From Planctomycetota bacterium (GTDB lineage Bacteria > Planctomycetota > SZUA-567 > H5-PLA8), in contig JBBRPR010000069.1 of the NCBI GenBank assembly GCA_038227875.1, positions 1-42,434 on the forward strand: a stretch of DNA of 42,434 nt. The letters run 5' to 3'. The notes below the pieces were generated by a model. That model was not told where the DNA came from. It did not search any database and saw nothing but the letters and a program-made list of their open reading frames with translations. How positions within the stretch are numbered: position 1 is the first letter of the stretch; each line of letters opens with the position of its first letter. Shown piece after piece: positions 37,491 to 42,434 of the stretch. Position numbers and translations under genes: made by a program.

Positions 37491-37964
37491 CTATTCGCGC
37501 TTACCCGGTTTGCGCCACGCCTCGCGCGCGAGACCGACACAGAACTGTCGAAGAGGCGGAGCATCCGGCCGCAATCCGATCAAATGCTCCGTACCTTCGA
37601 CAAATCGCAATGGCCCTGCATCGAACCTTCTCCCCTCATTATGCCGCTTTCGGCCATACTTGGCATAGTTCAGGTAGAATGCCTTTATCGTGTATCCTTT
37701 TGAACTGACCGTCCAAATCGTCTGTCTGCTTCCGGCTCCATTTGAGAGAACTATCCCTACTAGATCACCGATTAAGAATAACCGATGCGGACACACAACT
37801 TGCCCCAAATGCCAGCCACCCAGCAGTCCGCCATTTTTAAAAAGGCGGTCATAAGAGGCATTGCCCCTCCAATATCTTTTGTACTCCGGACAATATCTAA
37901 GACAGATCAGTTCCGCCGTACGGTCCCACTGTTCTTCCGGAGACAACAGCGTCCTTTGCCGCAT
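37491..37964 (-). CDS. Hypothetical protein (AT-richer insert)
   Basis: ORF filling the space in operon orientation; GGGAGG upstream of ATG 37964; no family recognised. Confidence 0.4.
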   Translation of the reverse strand: MRQRTLLSPEEQWDRTAELICLRYCPEYKRYWRGNASYDRLFKNGGLLGGWHLGQVVCPHRLFLIGDLVGIVLSNGAGSRQTIWTVSSKGYTIKAFYLNYAKYGRKRHNEGRRFDAGPLRFVEGTEHLIGLRPDAPPLRQFCVGLAREAWRKPGKRE

Positions 37965-38058
37965 AGCCGCCCCGCCTACCCTCCCGAAAGCATCGTTACC
38001 AAGCTCCAATCGTATGTCTCATTGTTCCAATCACTTTACTCACCGACCAATGCGTCTC

Positions 38059-38373
38059 TCATTGCAAGCCCAAGGGGACGATTTTACCATATAATTTGCC
38101 TGTTGATTTCGTTGCAATGCCATAGGAATGTTCCTGCGGATCAAAGACAACCAGCCGGCCTGACTTCTTGTTCGGATCAAGATCGATGACCGCCCAAAGC
38201 CATCTGAATCCAACCGACATCTCTTTCCTGAAACGCATCGACTTTGGCGAAGCGATGATTCCGTTCAAAATGTTTTCGTGTGCAGGTCGGAAACACCCTC
38301 GCCATCCATGTAGTCTCAGCTCAGATAGGTCATTGAGCACTATCGACTCAACCTGTGCTCGCCTGCATTTCAC
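38059..38373 (-). CDS. Hypothetical protein (AT-richer insert)
   Basis: 104-aa ORF in operon orientation; globular-looking WLWAVIDLDP...GRLVVFDPQEHSYGIAT segment. Confidence 0.5.
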   Translation of the reverse strand: MKCRRAQVESIVLNDLSELRLHGWRGCFRPAHENILNGIIASPKSMRFRKEMSVGFRWLWAVIDLDPNKKSGRLVVFDPQEHSYGIATKSTGKLYGKIVPLGLQ

Positions 38374-38389
38374 GACTTATGATCCAATC

Positions 38390-38488
38390 TCAGCGCTTAG
38401 CCTTATTCCAACGCATGAACAAATCGCTCATCACGCACGCCACGAGTTCGAGGACTATTCTGAGAATCAATTCTAAAACAAGGCTCAT
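38390..38488 (-). CDS. 32-aa hydrophobic small protein (MSLVLELILRIVLELVACVMSDLFMRWNKAKR)
   Basis: CAGGAAGGA SD-like sequence just before ATG 38488, 14 nt after the yeaH stop; similar to 37361-37465. Confidence 0.5.
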   Translation of the reverse strand: MSLVLELILRIVLELVACVMSDLFMRWNKAKR

Positions 38489-38502
38489 TGGTCCTTCCTG
38501 AA

Positions 38503-39648
38503 TTACTTCCCCTTCCCCAAAAACACCTTGATCGCGTCGTAAATCTCTTCCTTGTTCTTGATGTCCACCGTGATCAAGTTTTCTGTCTCGAGGGCGTCGT
38601 CGAGCTTGCGTTTGAATTCGCCGGAACCGTACAAGCTCCGCACTTGGCCGTAGCAGAAAAGATTGATCTTCGGCAGCAGGTGTTCTTTCAGGATCTGGAA
38701 GCACTGCTCGTTGTCGCTGAGCAGATTGTCACCGTCGGAGAAATGGAAGGCGTAGATGTTCCAGTCCATCGGGGAGTAGTTGTGCTCGACGAGTTCCGCA
38801 CAGAGCTTGTAGGCGGAGCTGATCGCGGTGCCGCCGGATTCGCGGGTCTTGTAGAAGGTCTCCTGATCGACTTCGCGCGCGGCGGCGTCGTGAGTGATGT
38901 AGCGGCTTTCGATCGTGCGGTACTGGCTGCGCAGCCACGTGTCGATCCAGAACGCCGTCGTGCGGACCAGCTCCTTCTGTTCGTCGCCCATCGAGCCGGA
39001 AACGTCCATCATGTAGAAGATGACGGCGTTGGATTCCGGAACGTGCGTGATCTGCCAGCTCTTGTAAATCTTGTCGGCCTTGATCGGAATGATGCGCGGG
39101 TTGTCCGGGTTGTACATGCCCATCGCGATCTGGCGGCGCAGGGCGCGGACGAAGGTGCGCTTGAAATGGCGGAGCGATTCCGGACCTTCGCGGCGCACGG
39201 AACTGTAGCGTTCCTTCTCAGCAAGAATGGTGCGCTTGCCTTTCGGCTTGATGTTCGGCAGCGCCAATTCTTCGCCGAGAATCTTGGCGAGCTCTTCGAG
39301 CGTCAGGTCGACTTCGAGAATGTGTTCCCCGGGCTGGTCGCCGGCTTCGCCCTGGCCGTCGCCTTCCTGCGGCTGCCCGCTGACCGGGTCGCCGACCTGG
39401 CCGTCACCGGAGCTGACACCGCCCTGATTGCGGCCGAAGCGGAAGTGCGGGATGTCGATCTGCGGGAGCGGAATCGAGACGAGGTCTTTGCCCTTCTTGC
39501 CGATCAGCTCGCCCTGCGTCATGTACTTGCGCAGCTCTTTTTTGATCTTGCCGCGCACGATCTGACGGAAGCGCGAATGATCGCGTTCGATCTTGGAGAT
39601 GGATTCGTAAATCGGGTCGGGCTTGGCGTTGGCGTCGCTCATGGCCAT
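38503..39648 (-). CDS. yeaH: YeaH/YhbH (DUF444, UPF0229) VWA-like protein
   Basis: [64 protein letters not shown]; context between prkA and spoVR. Confidence 0.93.
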   Translation of the reverse strand: MAMSDANAKPDPIYESISKIERDHSRFRQIVRGKIKKELRKYMTQGELIGKKGKDLVSIPLPQIDIPHFRFGRNQGGVSSGDGQVGDPVSGQPQEGDGQGEAGDQPGEHILEVDLTLEELAKILGEELALPNIKPKGKRTILAEKERYSSVRREGPESLRHFKRTFVRALRRQIAMGMYNPDNPRIIPIKADKIYKSWQITHVPESNAVIFYMMDVSGSMGDEQKELVRTTAFWIDTWLRSQYRTIESRYITHDAAAREVDQETFYKTRESGGTAISSAYKLCAELVEHNYSPMDWNIYAFHFSDGDNLLSDNEQCFQILKEHLLPKINLFCYGQVRSLYGSGEFKRKLDDALETENLITVDIKNKEEIYDAIKVFLGKGK

Positions 39649-39703
39649 CTCCTGACTGCGTACGTTTTGCTTAGCGGCCCGATCTGTGTCCCGCGTTTAA
39701 CAA

Positions 39704-39838
39704 ATGGGATCGGGGATCGGGCATCGGGCATCGGTCAGTTCGAATTCTCCCAGTTCTAAAACATGTTTTTGCTTCGATTAAGCGTTACGGACACGTCTTC
39801 CGAGAAGCAGATGCCTGATGCCCGATCCCCGATCCCAT
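39704..39838. repeat. Inverted heptamer-repeat pair (GATCGGG/CATCGGG type)
   Basis: atgggatcggggatcgggcatcgggcatcgg (39704-39734) versus cagatgcctgatgcccgatccccgatcccat (39808-39838); 2 mismatches in 31 bp. Confidence 0.85.
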
Positions 39839-39853
39839 CTGTTATCTTTGGTC

Positions 39854-40501
39854 CTAACGGCCCTTGGCCCAGCGGCCGCGCTTGCGGGACGGGAAAGCGC
39901 TGCGCTTGCTGCTGGCGATCCGCATCGGACTGGGAGTCGGCACGATCGCCCAGTGAAAATATCCGGCGACGATCAGCGCGCTGGTCATGGTAAAGGCCGC
40001 GGCAATCGTCCAGTAGTCACGGGCGTACGGTCCGAGCTTGAACGAGAAGACGACGGCAATCACCGACCACATCATCGGCATGACAAAGAACGGAATGGTG
40101 AGCCCCGCGGCGATGATGCGCAGGCGCCAGATCGATCCTTTGATATACGCTTCCTGCGCCTTAGTGATCGGGACGGCGATCATGTGGAGACCGCTTTCGG
40201 AAGCTTTTCGGATCAGGCCCGAAGAGTACTTCCTCCAGTGGCGCATCAGTTCCATCAGGCGTTCGCGGATCGTGCGCAGCGCGAGACTCCAGGTGGCGAC
40301 GATGCCGAGCATGACGATGACGCCGGCGTGCTTTTCCCACGCGCGTCCGCGCGCGAGGTAAGCGATACCCAGCAGGCAGCAGGTGACTCCGGCCTGCAGC
40401 GCCGTCGCCCAGAACCACGAGCGGCTGCCTGCGGAATAGTCGGGGAGATCCGCAAAAGGATCGAAGGAACTGGGTTGCGGTGCTTCCGAATTTGGCTTCA
40501 T
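39854..40501 (-). CDS. Hypothetical multi-pass membrane protein
   Basis: About four hydrophobic helices; host-like codon usage; ATG 40501 after AGGA. Confidence 0.7.
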   Translation of the reverse strand: MKPNSEAPQPSSFDPFADLPDYSAGSRSWFWATALQAGVTCCLLGIAYLARGRAWEKHAGVIVMLGIVATWSLALRTIRERLMELMRHWRKYSSGLIRKASESGLHMIAVPITKAQEAYIKGSIWRLRIIAAGLTIPFFVMPMMWSVIAVVFSFKLGPYARDYWTIAAAFTMTSALIVAGYFHWAIVPTPSPMRIASSKRSAFPSRKRGRWAKGR

Positions 40502-40550
40502 CTTCAAGGTCCTCGGGTACGGCAAGTTGATATTATTTGACTCCTGCGTT

Positions 40551-40940
40551 TCACCAACTCTCCAGCTTAAGACCATCGATCAATTTGAAATGCTTATCCA
40601 AAGTCACCAGAACCAAATCGTGCTGCAATGCTTGAGCGGCGATCCAAACATCATTTTCCGGCAACGGCTTTCCTTTTTTTCCGAGATCCTGCTTAATCTG
40701 CGCATAGATTCTTGACGTATGCGAATCACAGTCGAGAACTTCGCAGTTGAACATAAAGTCCTCGATTCTCCTAAGCTCCTCATTGGCATGCATCGATTTC
40801 AGTGCACCGTAAAAAAGTTCTCCGAGCACCACGACTGAAAGAGCCACCTCATCCTCGTCCTCAAATTTCCTGCTTACGTCTGGCCGACTTCTAAGCAACC
40901 CGATGAAAATACTCGTATCCAACATCCGTTCACCAGCCAC
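40551..40940 (-). CDS. vapC: VapC-family PIN-domain toxin
   Basis: MLDTSIFI, VVLGELFYGA, KKGKPLPENDVWIAAQAL, LVTLDKHF; overlaps the upstream antitoxin stop. Confidence 0.92.
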   Translation of the reverse strand: MAGERMLDTSIFIGLLRSRPDVSRKFEDEDEVALSVVVLGELFYGALKSMHANEELRRIEDFMFNCEVLDCDSHTSRIYAQIKQDLGKKGKPLPENDVWIAAQALQHDLVLVTLDKHFKLIDGLKLESW

Positions 40941-41280
40941 TCGAATCGATCCTTTCACATCCTTCTTTGATCGCCTGCTCCATTCGATCGCAGGTATCAG
41001 CGCTTAAAGTTCCGATACTTTTTCTAAATTCAGAGATGCGAATGGTTGGTACTTTTTTCTTCTCAGGGGCCAAGGATGATCTCAATCCGCCGCGATGTCC
41101 TCTAAGTCGCAACTGACGGCGTATTCTCTTTTTCTCCGCGAGTTTTTTGGTTGCAGCCAGTTCAGCGAGCAACTGCTTGATTTCAAGCGACCGTGCAAAC
41201 TCGAGCACATCAAGTTGCTGCGACCGCGACAGCAACTCCAACGCCTCAATTAATTCCTTCTTGACGGTTGGCTCAACCAT
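40930..41280 (-). CDS. Putative antitoxin of the VapC pair, with a basic internal segment
   Basis: Directly upstream of and overlapping vapC; ELIEALELLSRSQQLDVLEFARSL N-terminus and MEQAIKEGCERIDSSGW C-terminus. Confidence 0.75.
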   Translation of the reverse strand: MVEPTVKKELIEALELLSRSQQLDVLEFARSLEIKQLLAELAATKKLAEKKRIRRQLRLRGHRGGLRSSLAPEKKKVPTIRISEFRKSIGTLSADTCDRMEQAIKEGCERIDSSGW

Positions 41281-41285
41281 GATTG

Positions 41286-42434
<1,149 letters not shown>

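Overview
High-GC bacterial chromosomal segment; the protein families (ECF sigma factor with a long C-terminal extension, prenyltransferase-repeat/VWA protein, sulfatase, STN-like secreted protein) suggest a Planctomycetota/PVC organism (inference). About 35 CDSs are supported: an ECF sigma factor, glycoside-hydrolase-like proteins (one frameshifted), DedA, YyaL-DsbD fusion, YjbQ, sulfatase, ArnT-like GT, a PhyH/AraC pair, a pfkB-agaS-gatZ sugar operon headed by an Imm22-like gene, an aldose epimerase, a dapF-yihY-DUF59-DUF62-ACP-hydrolase run, a TIGR00300 protein, and a prkA-yeaH-spoVR cluster interrupted by a VapBC-type pair, orphan ORFs, two similar ~33-aa peptides, a molybdopterin oxidoreductase and a Uma2 remnant. 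I found no rRNA, tRNA, CRISPR array, integrase or transposase. Intergenic DNA is rich in REP-like multi-hairpin elements and in several families of heptamer tandem repeats, some of which bracket individual genes. The most notable signals are (1) an ECF sigma ORF with an internal in-frame SD+ATG+signal peptide, possibly a nested secreted protein; (2) genes bracketed by duplicated repeat elements; (3) paired similar micropeptides flanking an AT-richer insert; and (4) a possible aldolase-free AgaS/GatZ route. All family calls come from motif recognition by eye, not from database searches.
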